This document shows positions 1-13,065 of a stretch of DNA of 64,000 nucleotides, one piece after another. The notes beneath the pieces were generated by a model. The model saw only the letters and a program-made list of their open reading frames with translations, was not told where the DNA came from and ran no database searches. Every line of letters begins with the position of its first letter. The stretch's first letter is position 1. Both the position numbers and the translations under genes were made by a program. The stretch covers positions 4,278,001-4,342,000 of the forward strand of contig CM060734.1 of assembly GCA_030704615.1 (NCBI GenBank), given 5' to 3'. The DNA is from Takakia lepidozioides. Lineage: Eukaryota; Plantae; Bryophyta.

Positions 1-520
1 ACAAATACCCAACCACTGGGCTACCGACTCAAGTGCAGGTAGAAGGTTTGCTATCATCCAAATGCAAGAAAAGAAAATAAGCCAGAAATACAGAAAGCAG
101 GAGTAAAAAGCCAGTAATATTCACTGATCCTTTCGATTGTCATCTTGCCACCATCGTCACCATCAAGGGCTTCTCTGCCTATTTGCTCTGTTCTTGAAGT
201 CGTCACCTCAGATTGGAATGCGAGCCCTCCTGACATTGGAGACTTGGCAATCTTAAGGTATCGCTCTCCTGCAGCCCAGCCATTCTTTTATTGGCGATTT
301 ATCGCCAAATTGCGACTTTGAACGGCCTCTCATTTTACAATAATTGGGACGTTATGGCGCACGCGCGAGCTGACCGGTGGGCCTTGCGCACGGACGCCCG
401 GCTCCCCCCCACCCGGACCCCCCCCCGCCCGCCGCTGCGCGCAGTCGCCTAGCCGCGCCCGCTGCTGCCGCAGGCGCAGCACCCGCGGCCCACCAGCCGC
501 GCCCCCGGTCCGCCGCGGCC

Positions 521-680
521 AGTCAGCTGCCCTCCAGTCCGCTTCCCCTCAGTCCGCCAGACCGCCAGTCTGCCGGCCAGTCCACTGTGCACGCCAGGCC
601 GCTGTGCCAGTCCCCTCACGTCCACCCTGCCAGTTTGCCCGCCAGTCCGCTGCCCATGAGTCCGCTTTCCTCCAGTCCAC
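521..680. repeat. Array of short CAGTC-core motifs upstream of the transposase
   Basis: Repeated (c)cagtc(c/t)g motifs spaced about 10-20 nt apart. Confidence 0.6.
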
Positions 681-810
681 TGATGATGCCGCATCTGGAC
701 CGTCCGTTCGTAAATGCCATCTGAGCCCTCCATTTTTAGGGCATGAATTCAAACCTTATCCCTGCCGCCTGCCACTTGTCAGCAGCCGCGAACGTGCGCA
801 CTGATGCTCC

Positions 811-3292
811 TTGCACGTTGTCCATCGTGTCCAGTGTACTGCGGCGCGTTTCTTGCAGGTTCTGAAGCGTGTCCTCTGTGCTGTACAGGGCATGGACGTG
901 GAAGCAGAAGACGACGATGTACTGAAAACGAGAAGTTGGATTATACGGCCTCTTCGACAAAGTTTGCAAACACCCAAACCAGGACCCTTCAACACGAAGG
1001 ACCTCCATTGGAAGAGAGACATGCAATATGGTTATATGGGTGCGCGAGTGAATGTTCAGAAGGCCTGCATACCGTGGGATAGAGTTGATGACTTTCTCCT
1101 TGGAGAGGAGAGTTTGGTGGACTACCCCACTCAGTTTTGGGTGAATGTCCATACTAAAGTGCAACCCGACATGCTAAAAGAGCCGAGAGCCAACAGTTTT
1201 CTGAACAGTATCATATGTGCACCATCCTCATCGTCCTTTTGTAGTCTGATTGCATGTCTATTGCCATTTTTCGTACCCACGTACTGTGATTTCATGCTTC
1301 CAGAAGTCGATGGATATCGATTGTGATTTTTATGTGGACGTATCAATGCTGCTACGGTCCAGATGACAAGCGCACCAACAATGCGATAGTGGAGGATCCC
1401 AAACTAAAACGTGGAGGACCTCTTGTGCTGGAACATCTCACCCTCATAAAGGCCCAAGAAGAAAGAAGTCGAAATATGGAGAGTCTTACAAGCGTGGTTG
1501 CCAATGTTGTTTCAAGGTCCAGCAATGCTATCTCGCCCTCGACATTTGTGTCCTCACGTACTACAACAACATGGAGCATACAGACGCGAAAGGGAACGCC
1601 TGTCATAGGAAGTCCGCTGAGTTCAGGAACACTCGCCACGCCTATGCACCACACATTAGCGAGGAATTGAAAGCATGGGTCATGGAGTGTCTGTGCCGAG
1701 GCCTGTCAGTTGCCCAAATCATGATGGAACATTAAGAGCACGTCATGAACAATACCGGGTTGGGGGATGCATGGACATAGGACGATTTTTTGTTAGAGCA
1801 GGATGTGCGCAACCTGGCCGAGAAATGGGCGTGACAAATATTCAAAAAACATGCCAACGATGTGGAGAGTGTCCGCATGTGGAAAGACCAGAACCCGAAA
1901 TCGGTCTTCTTCTATCAAGAAGAAGAGAAATTGGTACCAACATTCAAGCACTGCGACTTAACATTCACAATCGGCATACAGACTGAGTGGCAGAAGAAGC
2001 GAATGCTTCAATTAGGCCATGCACGTATCGTTGCATGCGATGCAACCTTCGGGACAAATCACCACAAGGTACTCTTCATCCCTTTCACAATTTATTCGCT
2101 TGCACAACTAGTGGATGTGCACACACTGGCAGCATCTGACATTGTGCATCTGAACAGTTCCCATTGTACACGTTGATGGTCTTCGACGAGTGGCTTAATG
2201 GTATACCAGTTGCGTACATCATATCCACGCGTGAGCGGACAACAGACCTGGTGCCGTGGATGGCAACCTTGCGGGACTCACTCCTCGCAGAAATGCCGGA
2301 CTTGCGACCCAATGCCTTCATTGTGGACGATGCTGACGCCGAAATAAACGCCATTACGTAAGTGCTGCTTGTTTTATTTTACGCTACCACACTGAGCAGT
2401 AGAAGATGCAGATGAGGTTTCAAACTTATCTTGAAGGCAAGACTGAGGATGGGGAAAGGCAAAATGACTGGGCGTAGAGTGGATTGGCTTATATGGGAAC
2501 TCACAGGCCATGTGCTAACACACTACTGGTATGCAATTCACCTAAAGACGCACAGATTCATAAGAAATGACAAACAGAAGAAATACATGTCCAGTTCTGT
2601 GCTTGCGGCACGCGACATCCCAGCTTGCAATGTCACTCTTCCGTTCCATCCTGGGCAACCAGCCTATGTTCTAAGCACCAATCACCCAAACACAACTTAC
2701 ATTGTTTACAACCCCGGCTTCTTGCACTTGCCCATGGGCAATGAAGGGCAATTTGTGCAAGCATCAAGTCCGAGTCCTGAAGTTGCTTCATCCACACTTG
2801 CAGGATGGACTCATAGTGCGCGTTTGTGGCACGGCGCTGGGAACCATTCATGGAGGATTGCATAATGTGTTCAGGGTTTGTGCAAGTGGCGATGACGACC
2901 CTTCCACAGATGACTTCCCCTATGATGTGGAGCCTGTCCTCGTACCATCCTCCATGGACGAAGAATTTGCAGACATACTTCGCATTGTTGGTGACGACAA
3001 ATACCTAGAGAAGCATGTGTTGTCTTTTCTTCGAATCTGTAGGGGGCAGCTTATTGATATTCTCGCCAAGAGTGCTGCAGGAATGTTGCACCCTGCGGCA
3101 GCAAAGAGCTTGCATTCTGTAAATGACAACAACAATATATTGCTGAAAAGGAAACGGGATTTCGTTGAGGCATGGAAAACGCGACCCAGAGTCTTGCGCA
3201 AAACATGGAAGAGGGTTGGTGCCCCAACACCTGCAGCACACATATACTTCACAATCCGGAGGGTTGCAGACCGTATACCAGTTGTAAAGTAG
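811..3292 (+). pseudogene. MULE (Mutator) transposase with SWIM zinc finger, intron-containing and frameshifted (resembles the plant At4g13970/At1g60560 SWIM family)
   Basis: ORF fragments contain IPWDRVDDFLLGE, YQCCYGPDD, ACDATFGTN, YTLMVFDEWLNGIPVAYII, FIVDDADAEINAI (MULE DDE core), RRVDWLIWEL and the SWIM motif CTCPWAMKGNLCKH. A GT-AG intron lies at ~2069-2157. Confidence 0.85.
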
Positions 3293-3396
3293 AGTTAAAA
3301 ATGTAAGAAATGTTACGCGATCATTCTCCCGATGAAATAAATAAATTTTTTGCAGTACGATTGCATGTGCACAAGACTTTCAACCTGTCTCTAAGC

Positions 3397-3965
3397 CAGT
3401 CGGGATTTCGTTTGAACCAGTCTGCTGAACCAGTCTGTTGTACCAGTCTCCAACCAATCTTCTGAACCAGTCTGCTGAACCAGGCTTCTGCTCAGTCTAC
3501 TGCCACTCTTCCAACCATTGTGCTCATAGGCTGGTAAACAATCTGACATGTCCATCAGCATGAAAACAAAGTATTCAGGGTGTGGAGTATCATGTCTCCT
3601 GAGCAGACCAGTCTCCTGGTTCTGAACTGGCCTGCACTCGGCTGACCAGTGACCCTCAGGCGGTCTGCCCATCAGACTCGCCATTCAGAGTACGCTGGAC
3701 CCTCACTTACTCTGCTGACCAGACTTGACAGACTACTGGCCAATGCCATCCGCCTGTACTCTAGCACTCCGGTGACTCTCGGCAGTCTGCTGAGCAGTGG
3801 ATTCTCACCACACATGTTGTTCAGACTAGGACTCATGGTTCCCAATCCCATCTGCCAGTCTGCCGGACTCTGCCAGGCTGGAGGACTCTCCTCAGTCTGT
3901 CGGACTCTCCTCTTCCAATGAGTCTTCCCAGCAACCTGTTGTTAGTCTTCCCAGCCGTCTGCTGA
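3397..3965. repeat. Dense CAGTC/CAGAC motif array between the transposase and Ulp1 3' ends
   Basis: Repeated accagtctg, gtctgctga and cagact motifs. Confidence 0.65.
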
Positions 3966-4269
3966 CGGTTTTGTAACCTATCGGCTCAAACTAGAGTGTC
4001 CATCAGCAGATTGACATTGCAGGTGGATACATTCACATGTATTCTTCATATATTCTTTAGTCTTCGAAACAACAGACTGACAGTGCAGTAACAATGTAGT
4101 GCCCAGAGGCATCAACAATATTCATCATTCACTGAAACAATACAGTGCCCAGAGACATCAACAATATTCATCATTCACCAATGGATCAGTAAGCGAAGGC
4201 ATAAGCACTTTTTATTTCGGTACAAAAACTTCACATGACACGTACAAACACTACATCCGAGCCTCACAA

Positions 4270-5304
4270 CTATCTACCAGCTTTCTCCAAACATTCCAAA
4301 CCGTGCACAATATATTTTGCACATTGCAGTCGCTGGCCAAGTGAAAACTTATAAGTAAAGTAGGTCGCAGTGAAAGGCACTCCTCTCTCTGCCTTTTTAC
4401 TCTTGTCAACCTTTCCTCGCGATTTCACCCATTCATAAAAAACTTGAATGAATGACATGACGTAAAAGCCACATTCCCAACTGAATGGTTGTTTTGGCAC
4501 TTCAGGTTGGTGCAATTGAAATGCACAAACAACCTCCTGCCACTCTGGAGCCTCATGCGAGTAGCCCAAGCATTCGGCATGCAGCCTCCGAATCCATGGC
4601 ATAATGAATGGAGCATGATGCAGTCTCTTGATAGAGTTCAGGTGAGTGTAGGACCCTTTCCGAAGGTCGATGCATAGAAGACTCCAGTGCCCCCTGCAAT
4701 GGGTATCAGGCAGCATTACATCACAAAAGGGAAATACTGACCAGACCAAACAGTGCCAACAGACTCAGCATACTTAGCAGACACCCTCATCAGTCTTCTG
4801 TCTAGTCCACTCACGCCCAACACACTGGGTCTTCTACACAGTCCAGGAGACTGAGCGGACCGAGTGGACAGAGCAGACAGAGCGGACTGAGCAGAATGAG
4901 CCGACTGAGCAGATAGAACAGACGACACAGGGGAGTCCTTACTCTTTATCAATCGGAGCCAAAATAAACTCGCAGTCTTTTAGGTCCTTGCCATGCTGCT
5001 CACTGCTGAAGGCAGCATGAAGGTTATCCAGTAGTTTTTTGCGTGGCCCCTCCTAGTGGATCTTCATCACCGCCCACGTCCACGTTGGCAGAAGAGCTAC
5101 CACCTTCGAATCAGCCAACTTTTCATAGAAGCGACACCATAGCTCCAGCAGTCTATCCGTGCACTCGGACTCAACCTTGTTAATTGTCTTCAGGTCACCA
5201 TGGTCAACTCCGCATTCAAAACGTGGGTCCCCCTTATAAAAGTGCAACATGGAACCACCGGCATCCACTTCATTACGATGTAGTTTATCAAACCGAGAAG
5301 TCAA
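4270..5304 (-). pseudogene. Ulp1-like SUMO protease (peptidase C48), convergent with the MULE transposase
   Basis: HWSLLCIDL...NS...VPKQPFSWECGFYVMSFI gives the C48 His and Gln-x5-Cys motifs. The upstream exon is 5053-5304. Introns are filled with GACTGAGCAGA repeats. Confidence 0.8.
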
Positions 5305-5525
5305 TCTGCACAGACCAGAGCAGACTGAGGTAAAGCCCCTGTACTTGTCAGACAGACGAGAAGACTGACCAGACGAGAAGACCGAGCAGACTGACTGACC
5401 AGACTATGTTAAGAGTATGTGAAGACTCTCTAAGACCGACAATAACATGAAACTGTGTAAAGGAGATGGGACTGAGCAGACTAACATGACCGAGCAGACC
5501 AAAAAGTATGAGAAGACAGATCAGC
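4785..5525. repeat. GACTGAG/CAGAC motif arrays in Ulp1 intronic and upstream DNA (4785-4925 and 5315-5525)
   Basis: gactgagcgga, gactgagcaga and cagactgac recur many times. Confidence 0.6.
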
Positions 5526-5582
5526 AGAGAATAGCAGGAGACTGGGCTGTTTCTTTGGAGGATCTATAATATACTATTCCAC

Positions 5583-5712
5583 ATGGATGAAAAGTCTTAG
5601 AGGCAAATGAAAGCTGTTTTTTCATCCATCCAATTGGATAACCAGTTGGCGCGAGTTGTCATTTCATCCATCCAGCTCCTCAAGGCGAATTCCAGGATTT
5701 TTCATCCATCCA
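5583..5712. repeat. TTTCATCCATCC motif cluster (subterminal-repeat-like; same motif as in the TIR element at 24.6-25.6 kb)
   Basis: ggatgaaaa at ~5585; tttcatccatcc at ~5620, ~5662 and ~5700. Confidence 0.5.
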
Positions 5713-5931
5713 AGAAGTAGAAATGCAAATAATAGGCCTTGTGAGTGCCGTCGACTCAATAATTTGACCCCGCTGCTAATCAGCTCCATAAATCACCAAA
5801 CTTGGTGACAAACTACAATTATATACCCCGTATGAGCCTGTAAATTCTCAGCTCCATCAGTGGTAAAAAGTTGCACTTCTCGTCACTCGTCGTTTTTTCG
5901 CTACACACATATTTTGTGGTATATTTGGAAA

Positions 5932-6321
5932 TCAAATCCATGGTGATGGCTCTGGGGTCTTTGACCCTGCCACTAAGTCATAGGTTGTCCAGAGTCCCCT
6001 CCAGTTGTCCCACACCGCTAACAAGTCCACGCTTCGCCGTTTAAAGTCGTCCTGACTTGTTGTCATTCCGATGCGGCCAATTGCTTTGTTGCGATATTTC
6101 ATCGTTATACATGTCGCTTCCACCAATTGCCAAGCTCCTCGCCGTGTGTTTCTACTGGACTTGAAAGGCGGGAGAAAAGAGGGATCACAATCTGGGACTG
6201 GAACAGTCGTTCTGTATTGTTTGAACAAGATTAACTCGCCGTTTCTGGTACCGAATTGGCAGCCTAATCTGCTGTCGATGCAGCTTCCTACGGTCATCTT
6301 GACGCTAGAGTTCCACTCCAT
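5932..6321 (-). CDS. Unassigned ~120-aa ORF or exon, probably TE-derived
   Basis: Open 129-codon frame with protein-like composition; no family recognised. Confidence 0.25.
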   Translation of the reverse strand: MEWNSSVKMTVGSCIDSRLGCQFGTRNGELILFKQYRTTVPVPDCDPSFLPPFKSSRNTRRGAWQLVEATCITMKYRNKAIGRIGMTTSQDDFKRRSVDLLAVWDNWRGLWTTYDLVAGSKTPEPSPWI

Positions 6322-6647
6322 GGTCGTCGCAGACAGTGTCTAATTTCCTACGTGCTTTACCAATGATTTCCAGACAACTAACAAACTAACATGTTTTGGC
6401 AGTACAATGCCGAAACCGCTTGTCTTATGATCAAAAACGATCTGAAAAGAAAAAAAAAAAAGTGTACCAATATATGCATCTACATCATGTATTGGAGAAC
6501 TGTCGCTTAATTGAGGTATCTTGGGGGTGCCAACTACCGTTTGCAACTGTTGGTGTGCAATACATAGCCATTCAAGGGCTCGCTTGAGTTGTAGGTTTGG
6601 CATGTGACATGTTATTATTAGTGTGCATAAAGTTGGAGCTTTGGATT

Positions 6648-7072
6648 ATGAGTTGAGTGCTGATATCGGTGGGGGTTAGTATGTCATAATCAGGCATGCA
6701 ATATCGATCCCATATGCAATATAAATGTGGTACAGATCAGGCAAAGCTGAGGTAATGGAAAGAGAATATAAGCTGGAATGAGAAGTAATGAGTATGAGTT
6801 GAGTGCTGATATCGGTGGGGGTTAGTATGACATAATCAGGCATGCAATATAGATCCCATGTGCAATATAAATGCTGTACAGAGGCAAAGTTGAGGTAATG
6901 GAAGGAAAATAAGCTGGATTGAGAAGTAATGAGTATAAGTTGAGTGCTGATATGGGTTGGGGTTAGTATGTTGTAGTCAGGCATGCAATATAGGTCCCAT
7001 ATGCAATATAAATCTAGTGCATAGGCAAAGTTGAGGTAATGGAACGAAAATAAGCTGGAACGAGATGTAATG
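6648..7072. repeat. Tandem repeat, ~145-bp unit x3
   Basis: agttgagtgctgatat...ggttagtatg...ggcatgcaatat recurs at ~6650, ~6796 and ~6938. Confidence 0.85.
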
Positions 7073-9000
7073 GAATTGGGGTTGGCGGGTGAGCGACTTA
7101 TCAGGGCTGATTGAGCAGCGAAGCCTAGCAACAGTTTGATGTGAAGCTGCCATTAAATGGGCCAACAATTCCAGCAGGTAGAGTCAAAAGGTCGCATTCT
7201 ATTGTTGCCATCCAGGCTCCGGGGGGGAGGCCATTTCCCTGGACCAAACCATGCGCTGAAGGTATGACAGGTCCAGGTCGTAGGAAAGAGGCTGAGAGAG
7301 CCCGTGTATTGCATTGAATTCATGTAGGATCCTGTCTCTGTCTTCGGAGCTCGGTCAATAGGGACCAGATCTGTTGATGAGCATTTGGGGGCACTGTGGG
7401 TCTCCATTCTTGCAGGTGCACAACTTGTATGAGGTCATGGGAGTCTGTAGAGTAGGTGGCAGTTGTAACCAGGCGCCACTTTGTAAATTCTCTGACCTAG
7501 AAGTCCACATGGGTGGGGTTGGAGCCCCATTCACGGACCATAACAGCAATATCAATAGGCACCATCCAGCCAAATGACGTCCTGGTATCTATAAACTTGT
7601 TCATCTTCGAATTTAATCGCTGGGTAGATGACCAAATCCCCTTCTGTTGCTTGAGCTTGTGCTGCAAGGATGCCCGAGAAGATTTGGTTGTAGTCAATGG
7701 AGAACGGCCTTCCATGCCCAAATCACATGAAGCGTAGCAGGGCAGCTCCCTGTCCTTACGTGAATTCTTCCAACCAGAGCTTGTTGGTCTTATGATGTTG
7801 ACCAGTATGGGTGGTGGTACCATCATGCTCCTCAAAGCAGATATCCATGGAGAGGTCCAATTCTCTCCAGTAGAGGGCCTCTTAGCAGTTTTCTTTTGAT
7901 TTCTCTCGGTGGCAACTTGTGGTCAAAGCGGTAGTCAACAATTGCTGTAACTCTGCTGAGGGCCAATGGAGGTGGATATTGTTCGTAACCACGGGATTGT
8001 GCTCTGGTTTTAGAGGTTAACTTTTTGAATAGTTTGTCAGTTGCTAAATTGACAAGTGCTTTAAAACGATCCAGCCAGATGCTATCCTCTGCCGAGAACT
8101 CAAGAGACCCACCCACTGGCCGTAGTTTAACTGCGTGGGTTGTGTTGGCTCTGCTATGTGCTGATCCCTCATCCTCATGCGGCCTCTCCTGGAATGGATG
8201 CGCCAGTCCTAGTGGATAGTCCGGAATTGCTCAAGCCAGTGGATTGAGGACTAGTATCAGAGCCAGGGGCATTTGCTACGTAGAAGATGTTGAAGACTCT
8301 TTCTTCTTCTGTCAAGTAACCTTCGGGATATTCTTCGCTGATGTTGGTGGGTACTCAGTAGAGTGGATCTTGTTCGGGAGATGCTTGAATTCGTGCTGGA
8401 ATAGCGATTTGAACGTTTGTACCATCTGGATGTAGGATGAGCCTAGGCGTTTCAGCATTCACGCAATGTTGGAGTCGTTCGTTTTCCTGCCCAAAGGGTG
8501 GCGCGTTTGTATCATATTGGAGCTCCCCATGGTTATGTAGTGCAGCTGCTATTGTTACGTTGTCATCAAAACCCTGTGTAGAACTAATGCGAGTTGTCCT
8601 GATATGGCTGTCTAGGTTAAAAGAAACTGAGAGCAGGGGGTCCTACCATGTCGTGTCTGTTTGTGTGTAAACTGGTAAGCAGAAGCGAGCATGCAGTTGA
8701 GTCCGGCAGAAACGTGGTACGAAGAGTGCAGCTTGAGTATCCATAGCCTGTTGCGAGAGCAGAGATTGGAGATAGTATAGCCGAGATGCTAAATAAAAAA
8801 AACAAAAATACTCGTAAAAGGTGGCAATATAAGGTGGAGACCTAAAACTTCATAAGTAGTTGGGCATGTAGCAGAGGTTTGCTGAAGGGGGAATGCGGCT
8901 ATCATAAAAGATTTAGGTCAGCAGCAGGAGCTCAGCCTCCACCACCACCCGGCTAAGTCATCACCACACCCTAGCTAGCTTGCCACTACATAACTGGTTG

Positions 9001-9141
9001 GAAGGTTCTAGAAGTTGCCCAAAGATACAGGTCAGACCGCGAACAGCAGCGTAGGAGGACCAACAACAGTACATGGGGAAGGTTCTAGAAGTTGCCCAAA
9101 GATAGAGGTCAGACCGCGAATAACAGCGTGGGAGGACCAAC
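9001..9141. repeat. Tandem duplication, ~77-bp unit x2
   Basis: gaaggttctagaagttgcccaaagata..aggtcagaccgcgaa...ggaggaccaaca occurs twice. Confidence 0.8.
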
Positions 9142-11234
9142 ACGAGGAGGAGGCTCGCTATGGGGGTTGGCGGTAGAGGCTGGCGGGGGTGGCGGCAACT
9201 AGGACCAGCAGGAGGAGGGAGGCTCCAGGGAGGCTCTGTATGGGATCTTGCTACCTAAGTTCTCTACTTCATGTCATTGTTATTCTATCTATTCTTTGTG
9301 TCCCTGGGTGACAAGGGTTGGGCACGAACAGGAGGGTTGAGGGTCTAAAACTATGTTATACAGGGGATTTTATGGCGAGTTATATGTCAACATATATTTT
9401 TATCATGTTGCAAGACGTGTATGTGACTATAATTTTTCTCACATCTGCAACAGAGTTTATTATATTCCATTACGACGCCGAATGAGTCTACACTGATTTT
9501 GTAAAAGATCCAAGGTGAATATGCGCGACACCACAATGGTTTATAAAGCAAATTTGTTGGATATTTATAGATAAAGTGTCCTTTGAGTGCCCTCTTTTAT
9601 CTTTGAAAACAGGCGTCAGAGCCCCTTGGTTGAGTGACATGACTCGTCTCAATAGGAACAGGGCGTCGGTCCCCTTTTATTTAAAAAAACCAAAAGTGCA
9701 AAATTGATAGTGAGGTGAATGGACTCTGTCAAAAGAAAGAACAATACGATCCATGTGTTTCACAAGGACTGCGCTCAGTGGCGAGCTGCACTCTGACTCC
9801 GTGTCTGGGGTGGTGGTGGGTCATGATTTTCCAAAGCAGTTAACTGATCATAAATTATAGTTACTTCTTACCTCTAGCACCAGGTAACATAGCCCTTCAA
9901 ATAAGCTAAATTTGTAGTTGGCAGTAGCTATTTAGGTGACCCTAAAATGGAAAAATAAAATAAAAAATGGAGGTGCAGCAAGTTGAGGGGTGGATGATGC
10001 TTGCATGCCCATGGTGAACTCTACCTACTCGGCTCACCCCTGTCTCTTCTCAACCCTGTAAATGCTTTATAGCACAAGACCCAAATGAGGTACCCAAAAA
10101 AGGTAACAAAAGAGCAATAGAAGTGGTGCAAAATCAAATTAATCTAGGTAGATGAACTCTACTGAAAATTGTTCCCAACTACAAAACCACATAAAGAGCT
10201 TTCCAATGGTTTTGGCCTATCATGTTGCACCCAGCCTAAAAATGCTCTGACACTTTCCAAAAAATGGGTGGTACATGTGTGCATCACAAATGGGTCATTG
10301 CACCACAGTGGGGCCTTAACCCTAGTACCAAGGCAGTGTAGACGTTGTGGCATGTTGATCACTTGGTTTGCTTGCCCTTGCATCTCACACTCCTGCCCTG
10401 CAGACACTTGCACAAAGATGATACAGTAGTACAGCAGTACAGAGAGTCATATCTACAGCACTTGGGACCTGTATTAAGTATTGCTAGCCAATACTATATT
10501 TTTGCAGCCTAACTCTCATCGGTCATTGCAGCAACCTGTTGTCCAGTATTTAAGGTATTTAGATACGTCTTCTCATATCTTCCTAATCACGGCAACTTCC
10601 AACGAGAGATTTCTCCGACTTAGGTGGATTGAACCTTACGAAAAAAGATTCATACCTTCTAGCATGTGCCGTGAATCCAACTTACTCTTGTCATCAGTCT
10701 GATCTAGGCCCAAAGCTGACGTTAGTGGATGTCCATCCTTTGAGGCGGTGAGTGAGCGATCAAGTGTTCATCTTCAGTATAATATCATGATAACTGAAAA
10801 CCCTGCGATTCACCTCTGGCTTGATATAGTTAATATTCCCTTAGTCACTATACTCGTGGGAGAAGACTACGATTACCCGACGAGTTGAATGCAAGCGTGG
10901 GAGCCTTGCTGGTGCGGTCGCCGAGGATGGCCGTACAGGCGGGGCGCGTTGTCAAATCCCCACCCCCCGCTGCTCCCCTCTCACCCGCAAGCCTGTATTC
11001 TATTATAAGTGAAAAAAAAATCAAAGGGTTGGCAAGAAGTGGATGGTAGTATGGTGGCTAGGAGATTTGCATAACAATGACAAGTACTGGGGTTCAGATC
11101 GTCGCAGTCAAAGCTCATTGAGTGTTTGGTTGCACATGCGACTAATTATTGTATTTTTCCATCTCCAAAATAATTCTAAGTCCAAGCTCCCCTGTTCCCA
11201 TGCCAGCTCCCCTATCCCTGTCCCTTGTCCTCCC

Positions 11235-11425
11235 TCCCCTGTTCCCGGTCCCCGGTCCCCTCCTCGCCCCCTGGAACATGGCTTGCTCCCATGTTCATGG
11301 TCCCGTTCACCTCCTCGCCCCATGGAACATGGCTCTGTTCCCGGTCCTTGGTCCCCTCCTCGCCCCCTGGAACGTGGCTTGTTCCCCTGTTCCTGATCCC
11401 TGGTCCCCTCCTCGTTCCCCTGTCC
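11235..11425. repeat. C-rich minisatellite, ~50-bp unit x3-4
   Basis: cctcctcgcccc(c/a)tggaac(a/g)tggct occurs three times. Confidence 0.7.
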
Positions 11426-11586
11426 CAATGGGGAGCAAGGATTGAGGAGCGGGAATAAAAGAGCAAAATTGGAGAATGTTTGGGAACATGGTCCTAAAGG
11501 TGGGGAGCATGAGGAGGGAAGGTGTGGAGCGTTCCCCACCTTCCCAGTGGGTGGGGAATGAGAAGGCTTCGAGCTCCGGCCAGCGG

Positions 11587-12253
11587 GCAAAAATACATAT
11601 ATAGTATGGTGTATTTTAGCAATGTGCAATGTGTATGAGCAATGTATTTGGTATGTGCATTGTGTTGTAATTGTGATCCATTGTGAAGGTCAATTTTTTT
11701 CCTCAGGTTATTTAACCTGGCACTCACAGACTCGAGCTGATCTTTCTCGAGTGATAAAAAAAGGAAGATACAAACACACAAGTTCTCTCAAACTCACATA
11801 CTTGCACATGAAAACATCACTCATATATCAAGTCGAGCCAAGTGCACCCCACGCCATGGGGAATCCACACTACGGCGCCATAGCTAGACGCGGTGAGGCT
11901 CAACTCGAGAAAGATGAGCCCACCGCGATCTGCCGTGAAGATAACAACGCCAAGTGCCCAAACATATATTGGCCCCTGGATTGACACTTGGATCAATCCC
12001 AAATGTCAATATATAAAAGCTAGCTATTTCTTAGCTAACTTCACACAAGTGGTAAAATAACTTGACAAGCTACATATTCTCAATTTCTTTGTTATCTGTC
12101 TTTCCACATTTCTTGCATGTATGCAACCGGCAACACAACGTGTCTACACCTTGATTAATGCGCTCTGCTAGTGTTGTTCGTTCAGACGCTGGAGTCAGCT
12201 TTCTGGCCAAGCATTTAGATGATAGAAGCGCCCACAGAAAGCAACATCACATC
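11587..12253 (+). repeat. Segment A; its inverted copy is at 15271-15937
   Basis: Reverse-complement identity at both ends and throughout. The identical 61-aa ORF appears at 11817-12002(-) and 15522-15707(+). Confidence 0.95.
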
Positions 12254-12519
12254 CAAAGACCCCTATGCAGATGAACAAATTAGTCTCTGTGCAGTTAGTC
12301 TTTGTGGAGCCTCCAATGAAAATTGAAGGCTGGTCCCACCCACATATATCGACCAAGCCTTGCCTCCGCACACTACCAGCTGCTGATTGCTCTCTCCAAT
12401 TAGGCTCTATGGAGCCTCCAATGGAGGTTGAAGAGTGGTCCCATCCAAATGTGCGTCACGTGCTAGTGGTGGATGATTTGAAGCGCTTCCTGCCTTCGAT
12501 GTGGTCAGCCATTGTTCAA

Positions 12520-12928
12520 AGCTTATCTGTACACACAGTTGCATTTCACTTCTCAGTGCTACGACAACTCTACCCAGATGGCATGAAGGTGCTATCTCTA
12601 TTTTCGGGCATTGGGGGTACTAGAGATAACCCTCCACATATTAGTGCTTGACGAGGCCAAGGAGGATACAGATCAGATGTAGGGAATCTGTTGTTTCCGG
12701 ACGTGACATGGCGCGGACACGTCTGCGTTACATCGAGACGTGCGTCACATCTAGACGTCACATGCTGTTGGTGGAGGATTTGAACGTCCAAATGTACCGA
12801 CTACAATTATTGGCTATCCTGACGTAGCCTCCCTGGGACGGAGAGATTTATTCAACCTTGTTATGAAGTACAATGGGTTCAATTTCATTGTTGGGGGCAG
12901 TCCTTGTAATAATCTGTTCGGAAACAAC
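12520..12928 (+). pseudogene. DRM-type (de novo, circularly permuted) cytosine methyltransferase fragments
   Basis: 12520-12618 reads SLSVHTVAFHFSVLRQLYPDGMKVLSLFSGIGG (DRM motifs X/I). 12821-12928 reads DVASLGRRDLFNLVMKYNGFNFIVGGSPCNNLFGNN (motifs III/IV, catalytic PC). Confidence 0.85.
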
Positions 12929-13065
12929 CTCTCCGGAAACAACCAACAATAGCTCATCGAGCCGACACCTATTGTCCATCAAAAGTCCTGATCCATTCAA
13001 CCAAGTTGTCATTCCGGACGTGACGTGACAGTCGCTCTCATGCTATTTATAATAAGGAAATAAAG

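Noticed and set aside
377-752. Pro/Ala-rich ORFs
   Set aside because: They are translations of GC-rich motif repeats.
300-5930. TIRs and TSD for the MULE
   Set aside because: No matching inverted termini found by eye, so boundaries are left undefined.
7153-8805. Possible decayed minus-strand retroelement or gene
   Set aside because: Fragmented frames with no motif I can assign.
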